From NCBI GenBank assembly GCA_030141605.1, contig JAQGDQ010000509.1:95511-159510 (forward strand): a DNA stretch of 64,000 nt. Reading direction: 5' to 3'. Below the pieces are notes generated by a model. The model did not search any database. It saw only the letters and a list, made by a program, of their open reading frames with translations, and was not told the DNA's origin. Made by a program: the position numbers and the translations under genes. Shown in pieces: positions 8,883 through 24,113 of the stretch. Position 1 is the first letter of the stretch. The number at the start of each line of letters is the position of its first letter. The DNA is from Tubiluchus corallicola. Its lineage: Eukaryota > Animalia > Priapulida.

Positions 8883-11800
8883 CTAAGAGCAAAAATGTGA
8901 AATAAGATTTTTACAAATATGTTAAAATATATTCATACACAAATTTGAAACAATCCTTCGCAGCTGCAATAACTGTATTATTAAAACTCTAAGAAGTATT
9001 AATAATATTAAAACTTCAAATATTATTGCACTAATAAAATTACATTTGTTGCCTTAGGTCTGTGTCACTCTTCTCACCAGTGCATTGAAGGAGAGTTTAT
9101 TAGAACTAACTGTAATAGTAGAGGAATTTTACAATTATAAATATGTTGGATAAAAATTATTAAATTAAAAAATGCAGCAATATTTAATCTCATCACAAAT
9201 ATTATTTTCAGTATTTAATAAAAAGAGTTCATTAGAACTAACTGTAATAGTAGAGGAATTTTACAATTATAAATATGTTGGATAAAAATTATTAAATTAA
9301 AAAATGCAGCAATATTTAATCTCATCACAAATATTATTTTCAGTATTTAATAAAAAGAGTTCATTAGAACTAACTGTAATAGTAGAGGAATTTTACAATT
9401 ATAAATATGTTGGATAAAAATTATTAAATTAAAAAATGCAGCAATATTTAATCTCATCACAAATATTATTTTCAGTATTTAATAAAAAGAGTTCATTAGA
9501 ACTAACTGTAATAGTAGAGGAATTTTACAATTATAAATATGTTGGATAAAAATTATTAAATTAAAAAATGCAGCAATATTTAATCTCATTATAAATTTTA
9601 TTTTCAGTATTTAATAAAAGGAACATTGTTACATTTGGCCTCTTGTTATCCTCAGATGAGAGGCCAGATACAACAACACGGCACTGTTACTTTGTATGGT
9701 ATTTAAAAGTTTTTAAGGGAAAGGCTGTCACTAAGACAACTACAGACAATTATATTAGTGCAAGCTTCTAAAAACTAAGTGTGATTTGAAATACCCATTA
9801 TAAAATACCATGATTATAAATTTGTCTCATGATACTTGCCCATAGTGAACTTTCAATGACCTTTACTCTCAGCTCAGCTATCACAGTTCAACTCTTAGTG
9901 CACTTTGTCTCATATATTACACAAGTTAGCTAGAGCTAAACTACATATTTGATGAATTGTTGGGAAACAGGTAACAAACATAATGTGCAACAGGTCATTG
10001 ATAACCAAACAATATACGTTTCCTTTCTGTTGTTTGTGTGCTATGTTTACTTACCTATGTCAAGCAGTTTTTGAAAGGAAATGTAAATTGTCTGTGAACT
10101 GACAAATACTCCTTCTTTCAAAACCTTGCTTTTGAAATAAATTAATCTGATTCCTAATAAAACAAAATTTATAATATTTGAATGAAATCACAAGCATTGT
10201 TACCTCCTCCCACTTTGCTTTCTGCCGTTCTTGTTCGAATTTTGCATATTCTCGTTTGTCGTGGATAGTTGTTAAAAGTTTCCAGATCAACAAGAGAAGC
10301 AGCCCAATTCCAATGATTCCTCCTATGACACCACCCACAACAAGAAAAGCATTTACTGGTTCTGGACATATCAAGTTCTTTTCCACTCTGAAACAATCAG
10401 AAATATAAGAAAAGTCTTTGTTATAAATTAGTATGACAACAACGACCCCAAATTCACTGTCTCTGAGATTAAAAGAAAAATAAATCATGAAGGTTTTCAA
10501 CAAATCTACTAAATAATGTAAAACCTGAGTAACGCAAATTGGAATCAAAAGGTTTAGATTTTGTGTGAGCAATTGAAGGTTTGCAATTACTCAAAAATTT
10601 ATAGATGCCACTTTAGTAGTCAGATGTCTGGCTTTTCCTTCTTCGACTTTCAATTTGGTTCGAAAGTTTCAACACTTACTTTAATATAACATCATCTGTT
10701 ACATCGAGTTCATAAGCAAAGCGATATGTACAGCCATTTTCATCTCGATACTGACATCTTTGCTGAGTTTCTAAAAAAAAAACAAAGTAAGTTTAGGTGA
10801 AATTCAAATACTTAGTTCATTTTTGTTTTATGTCCTTGCAGTATACAAAAATCTACAGCTAACCTCAAGTACACAATTCTGGATATTTTTCAGAAATTAT
10901 TCAGTCATGCTTCAATGTTTTGATCTCAGTGTAGCATATTCTATCTGTTGTTAGCAAACTAGAAAACTTATAACTGTATAGTTAAATCACTTATTAGTTT
11001 AATAAAGGTTTTTGCTTATACGTATAGTATACGAGCACATTATAGTTTAACAACTGACACGGTCTTAATTTTAATGTCACTTAAAAGACGGAAAGACCAT
11101 GTTGTGCCTGACATGCTTTTAAATTCAACACACAATCAGAAATTTATAATCATTAATGTTATATCAGTAACATACAATTTCCAGCATAATTTTAACATTT
11201 TATGCCTCGCTAAAAACAACTAAAAAACAGAACTTTTTACTATCATGAAATAGTGTTTGAAACCCAAATTTCCATACACTAACACAAAATAATTCTAAAT
11301 TTTAAGCTAAAAATAAATCATTTATTATGTAGACTTTTTGAAATGAAGTACTCTTTATATTATTTCGTATCCAGAGAACTATATATTATTATTAATTTTT
11401 TTATTACTGTGACAACTCATCTGGCAGCAAACATAAAGTACACAAATGTCCACTAAATGTAAGTATAGTCAGAGTTGCTCAAATATCATAATTTAAGACC
11501 CAATAAATACTATACCTGGTAATATATCTATAAGTTCAATTTCTGTAGAATTACACTTTGCATCACATTCATCGATGAAAGGACCAGATTTATGAACTCT
11601 ACATTCTACACAGTATCTATTCTTCTCACAAAATCCTTTACAAGTCTAAACAAAAATAATTATATTTTAACTTGTGTGTTAAGCACCATGTCAATACCTA
11701 CAACAAAAGCATTGTATTATTATCTTTATTAGATTGATACTGAGACAGATTTGAAACTCTGTTAATTTTTTGGGAAACAGTCTTTGTAACAGTTTCATTT

Positions 11801-14800
11801 TTAGCACTCAAGCTGCAAGAATCTTTTCACCATCTTTTAAACTGTTCATATTTCTCTCAAACAAAGTTGACTAACTGAATAAGGCCATTTTGTTGGTAAC
11901 ATAAAATTTGCAGAGCAAATACATGAAGAGGGTTGCCACTGGGCAAGCAATAGAAATCAAAAGGATCAAAAGTAGGGTTAATGCACAGTGATTTTTTACC
12001 TTTGCTGATCAGCTTCCTCTGTTTTTTTGGTTAGGCTTGAATTATTACCTGTTCGGAAAGCAGGTTGGGGCATGGGTACCATTAAGTCACACAACAGGGA
12101 GCAAAATGAGAAAACCGGCTTTGCCATTCAACTGCTTTAATAGATTTGGCCTACGGGTGGTGTTTTTCATGCATTGGACTGGTTGGTATACTGTGCATTA
12201 TAAGAGAGGGCAAGATTGGGTCACACGAGTCAAAATTTAATTATAGCGACAAGCTGTAAAATGACTCCTAATGTCACTCAAAATTTTTGCATGCATTAAC
12301 GCTGGAAACAGCCAATCTCTTTTGCTAGCTTTAATTAACTGTCTTTTACAGTTAACAGTACATAACTTAAAGTTTAGTATGAGTAAGAATTGTGTATTCT
12401 TTTTTCCCCATTTTTAGAAAAAGAAATTTTTACCACACAATCCTCGCATGTCGGTCCATGATACTTGGAATCACTGTTACATTTACATCTCCACTCACCA
12501 GACTCTCCACCACAAATACAAGTACCCAAATCATTACATTCTTTCTAAAAAATAAATAAACAAATTAACTAAAACATTCTTTCTGAACAAAGAATACCTA
12601 ACAAGTAAAACTGTGCAACCTTTCTAAAATAAGTAGAAAATAAACCTTTACTCAATCAGCAAATAAAAAACAAACAAAATGCCATATATTCCAAGAACAA
12701 AAATGTATGCCTTATGAAATTAATATAATAGACTAGTCACTATTGCATTCTTTCAGAAATAAACCAGAAATAAAAAACAGCAACTTCTGCGCAATTAAGA
12801 TCTGCATAATAAAAAGTTAAACCTATTGATAGTTCGATGTCATTATATCATGAAGTAATCATACTGTGACCTGAAGGGCTTTGAAAGTCACCAGGACTGG
12901 CTAGTATCCCTTGTTATACACATCTGTGCACTAACCTTTTACAGTTTTTACTTTCTTATTGTAACCTCTAAAAACTATTTATGGAACAGTATTTATTTTA
13001 GTACCATGCATGTAATACTCTGATGCTTGTATGTGTGCTGCACTCGTCTTAACTTGCATGAATCCAGTTACTACATATATTCTACATTCGGTTTAGTTTT
13101 AATGCATGTTTAGTTTTGTCCTTATCTGTACTCATTTAAGTTTAAAAAACCAACAAGGCAAAATAAATATTATTACGTATGTAAGCTTTCCTGCAGTACA
13201 AGTTGCAGATTTCAGAGATACAATTTTGAATATTATGTAGCAACAGAATTTTTCTTTACTATTATCAGGTACAGGTTGATAATGCTGGGATTGTTATAAT
13301 GCAGGGTTATTAAAATTTCATACATACTCCATTTTCTGCCATGCAAGCAGCTTTAGATGATGGACATTCACATTTAGATCCGGTGTACTGTGGCTGGCAC
13401 ATACACTTCCCACAATCACAAATCCCTCTCTTTGAACCTGAAGAATGTTAAATATGTTTAGGAAAACATCATTTTGCATCTGATGGCAGTTCATAATTAA
13501 AAATTAAAAGTTTTTACACAATAAAATTGTAGTTTATGTTTAAAAGCCACAACAGCTTGTCTGACTTTATTCTAATACAGATCTAGTTTTTGTAAAAGTT
13601 AAAATAAACCCTCTTAATTTGCTTGAGTGGAATAAATTTAATGATGGCAAGCTGTGGCAATAATAATAACAGTAATAATGATAATAAAAAAATCAATTTT
13701 TGCATGGATACCTCCACAAATCTGATTTTTGTATCTCCCGCAACTAAAATTATTGCACTGACACTGAGGACCGTATATTCTTTCTTCTGGGTTCTGCAAG
13801 AAACAGAAATCAAACCTAATGACAGCTAACAGTAAAAAAAACAATAACTTCATACTCATAGAAATATTACAGTGCATCAAAATGCGTGAACGACTTTTCT
13901 CAATAACAGTCATTTCCACATCACTCAGATAAAAACATTTTGCAATTTTTTGTGGGAACATTCCGTACCTCTCTTTCTTGGCAGTAGCACCGGCCACAGA
14001 GACAAGTTCCAAGTCCAGAGCACAGTTGGGTGGAATTAGCCCTGCAAAATAAATTCACTGTAGATTACTAAAATTGAGTGAAACTTACTTACTCATATAA
14101 TTCACAAAATGTACAAGCTGTATTTATGAAATAGCTTTTCCATCTGATGTGTTATAGTTTCAGACTTTTGGAACATAAAAAGATAACATAAACAAAAAAA
14201 TATTATTTTAACTTAAATATGAGAGCTAGTTGAAAACAAAAAACTGTTTGCTTAGCAGATGAAAAAAGCTGAAAATATTTCTGCCTGATGATCATTTGAA
14301 ATGCAAGTGAAGAATTTACTGCTTTATAATCCATTGTATTTTTCATCAAATAACACTGATTTTATTAATGAAATGAATTTATCCGGAATTGATTTTACAT
14401 TCTGAAAATGGCTAGCATGTCAACTATACAGACTAAAAACATAAACAGAGATCGTTTATGTTAGCTTACAATTACACTAACATAAAAATGCAAAGCTTAC
14501 ACACGACAAGCTTCTGTGTCAGTCGGTCCTTCTTCACTAGTTAGCTGACAAGAACAGTTTTGTCCATAAAAAGTTGGATCGCAAGAGCAAATACCACACT
14601 CAAATGTTCCTTGGTGGCTACAACGTGAACTATTTCTTTCCTGGGAAATTAAAACATTGTTCAGTTTGACTCAACTTATTCAATTTTATTTATTTCTGGT
14701 ATTCATGCATTAACTTCTAGTAAACCAAGCTGCAATAAAGCAGTTGAGTATTGTCAATACAAATAGATAGTGTAAGAACAAATTGTATAATTCAAACATG

Positions 14801-17800
14801 CATAATAATTATTAATTAGAACAAAAGATGCTACATTCAAAGCAACAAATAAAAATAATAAAAACACAAACAAGGCTTAGGAAGCAATAACTTTGATTTG
14901 TTGTTACTTGTTTATATTAGCTGAGACCCAAAAGCTTGCACTACTTTGGAATGTGAGTGCAATTGACAATGAATGTAAGTGCTTTTTCGGCATTGCCATC
15001 ATTACTATCACAGCTAGAAATGTTTCAGTTATTTAGATGCTGCTTACGTATCCATACTTCAATACATTTTCTGCTTTTTTATTACATTGTTCACCTCTTG
15101 TTCTGGCATTGCACATTCGCATTCACATAATGGTTCCACAGTGATTTTTAGATCTTCTTGAAAATCCCTGGGTTTAATACTAAATGTGAATGGTTTGCCA
15201 TCTGGTGGGCAATTTACTAGCGTAACACCAATGTCAAAATCGACCTGAAACATAATGTAGCAATTACTTAAAATGCTGAATGTAAATAAATAACAGTAAT
15301 TAAAAACTGCCAACTTTTGATGTGATGTTTATTGCTTCAGCACAGTGTCATGCAAGCCCTAGTGTTTTTTTATATTACCAATAATTTGTTTTTGAAAAAT
15401 ACTTTTAAAACTCATATTGTTTCTTATCAAGTCTTTTTCTGCATTGCGGTACTTAAAATTCGCCCAATAACATTAATGTCACTTAAGAATAAAAATATGT
15501 CATTCTTAAAAATGTGCCACAAAAGGTGCCAGGAACACTGTTAGAAAAATGCTTCTAATTTAGAGACAAAAACTCAGGACTGTCTTAAGAGCATTATAGG
15601 ACCCCGAGCAAAGCAGTCTACTAGGGCACCCTACTTACACAAAAACTAACAAGAATAAAAGTGTATATGGTCGATAAAAATAAACACATATTTATTGTAT
15701 TGGTACTATCAACACAAATGTTTGAGTAAAATAACGAGCCTTGAAAAACAGTATACATAGATTAGCAATAGGCCCCAGGGAGCTTAATTCTTGTGGTTCC
15801 CCCAGGCAACTGCACAGCATGTCCATGAGTTAAGATGGTTCTAGAAAAATTCACATCATATTTTAGGGAGATACATGAAAAGAGTAGCAGAAAAACAAGT
15901 GATTTCATTCATTAATGATACCACATAGCTTAAGAGGCATGCAGTCAATTCTACATTTACCATATAATTAAAAACTGTCTAATTTATTGTATTACAAAGA
16001 GAAATCCAAATTCTGTACCTCATCTCCTACTTTTATTCCAGTGCAAGTTTTGAAGTCTATTTGATCTTTACATGTAACACTGTACTCTAGATTCACATAA
16101 TCACTCAGTGGTGGAGTCAAATCATCACCCATGCTTATAGACGAACTGATTTTCTAAAAAATACTCCAGAATTAGAATAAATGTAGACCATGCGTACAAC
16201 ATACTACATGGCTAGGCAAGTTTACAAACTGTGTGGCCTTTTTGGAAATACATAAGTACCACCTGCAACTAACACATTTAAATTTTATGCTGAACATTAA
16301 TTGTGCCCTCAATAAGTTGGGCTACAATGAAGCTAAAGCACCAAAACTAGTATACAATACTAATGAATAAAAGGATGAAATTTAATAATAACTTTAGTAC
16401 TGAAAATGATGCTGCATCATAAAAATTTGATTACTAAAAGACTAAAATTTTAAAGCTTCCTCCAACTATCATTTGTAAAGTTGGTTGCTCTCCTAATTGT
16501 CCTAAATATGCATACAACATTAAAAAAATCCTGTTGTATCACATAATCGTCCTGTATTTTATATGGTTGATAATGTTAATACAAAATATGTTATATTTCA
16601 TTTGAAGCAACTGCATTAAACTACAGTATTTTTTAGTAAGCACAAATGAACTAAAACACACATAACAATTATTCTGGATGTGACACTTCTATAGATATCT
16701 TTTTAAAAAACTTACACAAAATTACAGTTAGGTTTGCTACTTCCTGGAAAAATGTATTTTTTTTATTTTGATAGAGCAGTTCTTGTTATTCATTTCTTTG
16801 CGTTATACGTAACAGCATCACCCAGCGGAGAAAATAAAGGTTTTAGCTTTGACACAAACAGTCAATAAAAAAGAAATGCTGAAAAACTTCTGCTACTTTA
16901 ATAGCAGACAAATATGGGAATAACTTGCATTGCTAAAAAGAATGTTTTTTAAGATCATCATAGAGTCCAAATCATCTCTGTTAGTTCTATAAAAATTCTT
17001 AGGCAACACTAAACTCAGTGTGAACTGCTGAATTTATGAACTAGTACATAACTTTAAATATACCTCATAGTTTTCTCTGACAAGATCAACAATGTTGGCT
17101 GAGTCATCTGCTAGGACTCCAACAGAAGAACCTTCAAATAGCTTGCTCAGATGTAGATATGTGTTATTGACACGCTCAGTCACAGCAAATATAATGTTCA
17201 CCTTTTCTTCAGAAACTAGATTTATTAGCTGTCCTACCGATGGGTAATCCTAGGAAAAAATTATGCAGTTGCTATTATAACCAGACAACTCTGAGTCCGC
17301 GAAAGCTGGCAGTAGCCAATTCCATATTTGTACTAAACCTTTCTGAACACATGTCTAAAATGATAAATCAGGTAGATACCATATTATATAGTAATGAAAA
17401 AAATCAGTGTATATCCTTCATGCAGTTTCAATTAAGTAAACAGGCTTTATAAAAAGGTAAACCAAACAGTTGAAAAATGAGCAAGTAAACTGCTTCGTTG
17501 TGGCTATGTTGCAAGAATACGTCAATGATATGAAAATAATAACATTCAATTCTTTATAGTGAAAACACAATGGCTGACCATAAGTCAATCTTTGTTTCCA
17601 TCAGAAACAGTGTTGACTATGGCACATCAGTTACAGCTGCTACACAGATACCCGGAATCCTATTATTTCTTTGCAAGCAACATATTTTTTTTAAGTAAAT
17701 CATAATTTACGACGACAAATTATTATACTGGGACTTGCTGCTTAAAACTAGGTAAAAAGGAGGTCATATATTGTAACTAGTCCCTGCAATTGAAAAAAAG

Positions 17801-20800
17801 CTGTCATTTTTCAAATCCCATACAATAGGTTCACAAACAAAGTGTCATTCTTACAAATGGCAACCCTAAATTCCACAAATTTTTTTTTATTCACCTGTTC
17901 CAAGTAAGCAGTATATTCTCCATTCTCCATGTGGCATCTGCCGTCATTTGGTTTAACTATCCCGCCCAGTTTACCATCACCAGCAATATGAAAAGAGGCG
18001 TCTGTAGAAAACACTACTAGGTGGCGAGCATTTGCTCTCCATCCGATCTCACCCTTTGCAAAATAAGTACCATAATGAAAAGCTGATAGTTTTTAATTAG
18101 GTTACAAAATATCTAATTTTTTATGTAAATAATTTTGATATTTTACAGTACAGTAAAATTTGCTTAATAAATCCATAGATAATAAATCGTATTAAGCTGA
18201 TATTAAAGGTATACATTGCATTTAGTCTTGTAAACAGCTTATCACATATAAATGGTAATGGCATCACAGAAAGACAATACATATTATGTCACTTATAAAT
18301 TAATACATTAAACTTTAAAACTTTTGCAAGCAGTTTGCGGAGTATTGGCCTCATAAATAAACAATATACGGTGTGATAACATAGAAAATACTACTACTAA
18401 ATCTATCCGCTTAATAAATCCATTTAGCTTCAGATCAAGGTGGATTTATTGAGCGGAGTATACTGTATCATGTAAAGAGTTATAATATTTTACAACTAGT
18501 GTAGTGCGTTTAACATGCAAAAATTTGCTGTATAACCAAGCAAAAAATATGAAGGGGATATGATTTCAGTTGATTCGTTATTATTTCTACCATTTAAAGC
18601 AAGATTACAATAATTATATTTAAGTACATATGACACCAAGCTTTTAGAAAAATTCAATAAGCCTATGAAAGTAATACTGTAAATATGTTCAAAAAACAAG
18701 GAACAACTTACAATGCATAAAAGCTTTGATTAGCACACTCGTTTTACTAATATACAATTACATCAGACTATATAGTGTTTACTAGTGACGGGAAATTGTT
18801 TTTCTCTCTAAATCAATTAATCAGACGATTTTTTTTACCAATTTGAGAATCGATCTGAAAGTGGATTTTTCAAGATTTATTAATCCAATTAACTAAATGT
18901 AGTTGTTCATACGTGTTAGAGTCAAGTTCATGTGAAAAAACTGTTTTCCAATACAGTAAGACCTCACTTAGCGATGCTAATGCATTCCAGCAAAACATGA
19001 CGTTAAGCGAAACATCGTAAAATGAAGCCAAGGCTTCCATAGAAAGTAATGTAAAAGAATTGAGATACGTTCCAGAGGCAAAAATAAATGATGTTCAGAT
19101 CATATAACTTAAATATTTTATGGGTTTTATCATATCTCTACTGACTAATTTCTTTCTGCTTGTCTGAAACCTATATATCTTACTTACCATCACCAAGCTA
19201 TAGCGGTTTCTCTTTCATTAGTGCTTAAGCATAGACAGCAGTTAAACAATAAACATTGCACAGTCAAAGTAAAGGCCTGGGTGACCTTGGAAATTCTATG
19301 TAGATACTTGGTCTGGTTCTGTAGCAACAGGTTGCAAGCATAAAGTTTGCTCGCAGGTCTTACTTGCTATAAACGGCTAGCATTTAGTCAAACGGAAGCA
19401 AAAACATATATAATAATTACAACTGTTCTGAATAATTTATAGAACAGAATAAAGCAATATGTACTGTTTCAATGCATCAAATTAGATAAAAATGTTGTTG
19501 ATGAAATAAAAAATTGCCTTGAACAAAGTAAAAAAAATCGGCTTTAAAGTGAAACATGCATTGTTAAGTGAAAAAAGGTGTCAAAAAGTCAGCGTCATTA
19601 AAATGAAAAATCCCTGATCGGGGAGTCGTTAAGCGATGACTTACTGTACGAGTGAATTTTGCGCAAAACCAAATTAATCACAGGTACATTTAGGCAAAAA
19701 TCAGAATCATCACCATGCAACTCACATTCTCGGCACACGACACTTAGGTTACGAATTAGAAGGGTGTCATCCATATCAGCCGCACATTCGTCTTCCATAG
19801 AAGCCATGCAGATTGTTTTATCCTACTATTACTAATTTGATGAAGAAGCTAAATTCCTTAAAAAACTTTTCTTGGAATTTTTTGTGCAATATTTATTCGA
19901 TTTCATAATTTCATACTCGTTTCTCGAAATCCTGAGCTTTCATCGAATCGTCTCATCATTTGTGTTTACTAAACTTAACCTCTGAGGCGGTACTTCATCA
20001 TGTAACATTTTCAAACAGAGGTAAATCAGAGCTTAAAAAATTCATAGATCCTATCTACAAATTAGTTGTTACTGACACAAAACTCACAGCTCACAACCAC
20101 TCATAGAAATTTGCATTTTGCAACGTTGTTGTTATAAAGAAATTGGATAGAAACACAGGATTTGAATACTTCCAGGGTGTTTGGAGCACCTTCTTCACTC
20201 CTAAAACAAGCTTCCTGTACACTTACGTGACAAACGATTGTTTGCACTAATGCATCCATACCACCTTCAGGAGAATCCAAGTTACCAGAAGTTTTCGTTT
20301 CGTCCACTTTTTTCTATAAGAGATCAATTACAATTAGTGACACGATTATTCACTCTTAAAAAGAAAAGTGCACAAAACACAAGGCGGAACTAAAACATTG
20401 CTCAAGTTAGTTGCTACAATAATTTTTCCAATACTGTAACTTAACAAGCAATGCAAAAATTTTTAAACCACATTTACACGTTTAAGAATCATTGCAAAGT
20501 TATCAAAAAGTCACTAAATGTACAGTACTTAAGATGCATTATTTTCTATAATTTACAATAGTCATGATTATTTTTATTATTATTATCTATGAGCTGACGA
20601 TGATATCATCTAAAAATAGGCAGCTACCGAAATTCTTTATACATGCATACATGCACACATGATTTAGGGGCTATAGTTTTCTACAAGTGAGTTTGCTAAC
20701 CATAATACCATAATACCAGCAAATAAGAGATTGTATTTAATTAGTTTGTTATGCGTATTCATTGCATACAAGCATTAGACACATTGGGATGGGATCAGCC

Positions 20801-23800
20801 TTGTGCTAATAATAATAAGGCTAGTCTTCTTAGTTTTTTCTTTTTATGTGAACCAGGCTTTGAAATTACCACAGAAGAGTTTTGCAAACTAAAGAAAGTT
20901 ATTTGGAATGTAGATAATGAGTATAGAAAGCTCTGGTATTGCACAGAAAATTAAGTTGACCACCCAGCTTTGCAAACTGCACAAGGGCAAATTATAAAAC
21001 AATCAAAATAAGAAAACACTTTAAAGACATACTTACAGCAAATAGATCAGTTTTATCAGTGAGTGGCAAGTGATTTTTAAATGAATATGGAGGCACACAT
21101 TCTCTGTCATTTGTTGGACAACAAGGGCACTCAAGCTTCTCAGGGACTTCGCTAACGTATGGTGCAGTAACTTTGTCGATAAATGAACCAAATCCAAGCT
21201 TGAAGTTTTTTGTAATCTTGCTCATTGTATCAGCTACATAAAAATGCACTTTTATTAAATGGAAGTAACTAGAAAAATTGCTACTGTAATTTATTCCTTA
21301 CTTGAGTAAATAGATATATTACTTTAATGGTGCATTACAAAAAATGTACAGCTTACTAGTACCATGCTCATTACATAGTAAATTTTCACAACTTACTCTC
21401 AGTTGTCTAACTTTCTGCTCAGGGCATAATCTTACCTTTGACCCCCTCTACATACTGATTAAAAAATCAAACCAAATCAATTTGAGTAAATACGTAAGTT
21501 TTTGAAAATAAATTATACATTAGCCTCTGAATTTATGAAAATGACGATTATATGATAATTGTTAAATTAGGGTTTCGTTCTTAATCTTGTTTATGATTCA
21601 ATTGTAACTTCAGACAAAACTTATGTAATAACAAGTACTGCATTAATTGCTTTGTCAAAGCAAGTTTGACAAACCATTCTTAGAAGTCTGGAAGGACTAA
21701 CTGAACTCGAGGACGTTGGTCAAAAACTTGACTCTGTCAATACATGTGAAAGTGTACATTCGTTTGCAGGTTTATGTTTCAGTTTCTTTTTTTTAGAAAA
21801 TGTCAATGCAGCCATGTTGAATTCACAAACTTGCACAAAAAACCAAATGAGGTATTCAGCTTTGCTAGTTGTACAAAAGCAAATTACAGATAAAATAAAC
21901 AATCTTATAATTCAAGATGGTAGATCAAAAATCCAACTTCACAAGCCGACGCAAAATTTGTTCAGTTTGTCAATTAGCAGAGCCTACAGCCCTTTTCGAA
22001 AATAATTTTAATCCGAAATGATCTGGAGCTCAAAATGGCAGATAGAAAACTCAACTATGTCAATTGATGCAGAATTCATTCGAGTGCATTCTTACAACGT
22101 TTCATAACAATCAACTGTGGATTCACATAACTTTAGATTTTTTTCGAAAATGATATTATCGCTGCCATCTTGAACAACAAGAATAACATCCAGATCAGTA
22201 GCAATTTGGGTCGAGTCCTCGATAAATAGACATCTATGAATATACAGTACATGACCGCTGACACAACAGTAACACCTCAATAAAATGTTATTTGAAAAAC
22301 AGTTACTTAGTGTTCATACTAATATATATATATATTAGTATACATACTAAACATTGTCACTTTTTACGTAAAATAATCACATTTAGATTTAAGATCCATT
22401 TAGAAGGCAAAGCAAAGAACCATCTCTTTTGTTCTAATGCAAGCACTTCTAATTGGCTTCCGAGAAAAATGAAGTGCCCTAAGAGCATTTACCGAGTTGA
22501 CAGTCCCATACAGCCTTGAAAATTACTGCCCCGTGCATAGAAGAAGATTTCTTTTGATTGGGCACTTACAGCAATAAACTCACGCTGGTGCGAAAAGATC
22601 AGCTAGAATGGTTAGGTCTTTAATATTTGCAACTTAAATCTTGTGTGTATAATACTGATTTGCAATTTCATTCAACAAAACACTGTAAAGGAAAGCCCCA
22701 ATACTATAAGTAACAGCCTAAAATATGAATATAATAAAACTACGAAACAGTCATAACATTAAAATCAACAAATCAGCTGATAAAATTTGATAAAACTATC
22801 AAGAAACATAGCTAATTTATTCACCAAGTTTTTGACCTAATGCTCCGAGTTTCTTTTTATCATCATACATCGAATTTGATAAATCCATCAGATAATAAAG
22901 ATCCACAGGATAATCCTCTGCTTGCTTGTACTTCACTTTAACATTTATTGTGTCACCTGAAAATAGTGCCAGCAGTTCTCAGATAAAAATAATGAAAATT
23001 TATACATATTCACTGTACCACACATTGGAAAATGTGTACAAAATCTGCTTTTTATATTAACAAGTAAAAATCAAGCAGAAAGTGACAAATGCGTGAAATT
23101 TATAGAAATATATTTTTAATTATGATCCATACCAGATTTTCACTTTTCCAACAATGAAAAATTTATAGCCGTCATAATGTTGTACTACTAGTTTGCCTAA
23201 TGTTACAAACAAAGAAGCACACAGACACTAATTTATATAAACAGTCCTAAGATAACTAAGACTTAAAAATACATGCAATACCGCATATTGATGAAACTGC
23301 CGTGAAAATATCTTTAAATCCTGGTACCTCTCCGTATTTTCAACAACATCTCTTGCGGATATATTTGTACAGCTTCTTCATTTGGTCCAACTGATCCTTC
23401 AGTGAGGTTTATCGCTTTTGTAACAGTGTTGTTCGATTGAGGAAATATAATATTTGTGTCATTGCAACCATTGCGTTGCAAGTTAATCACAAGGTCACAC
23501 CTACTCCTGCCTTCAACTTCGTAGCCCTGAAACAAACATTTCAATAAACTACATTATGACAAAATGAACACAGTTACTTTATGAAATACGGGTTGAAAAA
23601 CATAAACATTAAGTGAGTGCTCTTGCTAAGAGTTTTTAATACGTTTACTTAATTATCTTTACTTATAAATAACAGCAAAAAATGTCTCTCGGTTTACTTT
23701 CCGAATGTTCCAAGGAGCGGCCTAAATGAATGATCTGAGACATCACGATGTCATGCCATAAGCTATTGAACTTAAAAAAAGTATACAATTAAACATAACT

Positions 23801-24079
23801 GAGAATACAAGGCTGTCTCTTTTATATTCAATTAGTTGTCTGTAATGAATAATTTTAGCTTTATATTTGTATTGGACAAAAAAAAAATTACTTATGCCTT
23901 GACTGCAGCTACATAAGAAGGCAGATGCTTATATTGACAGAAGAGCACTCTGAACGATAACGACACCAAATCATACCTGTACAATAATGTAGGGAGCATA
24001 TTGCAGTTTCTTTGTAGAGAAAGACAGAGGGAGAGAGGGACAGGGACAGGGACAGAGAAGAGAAGAGAGAGAAGAGAGA

Positions 24080-24113
<34 letters not shown>

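Noticed and set aside
9099-9620. Regular repeat array resembling CRISPR
   Set aside because: Units are contiguous and near-identical with no unique spacers; eukaryotic intron; no cas genes.
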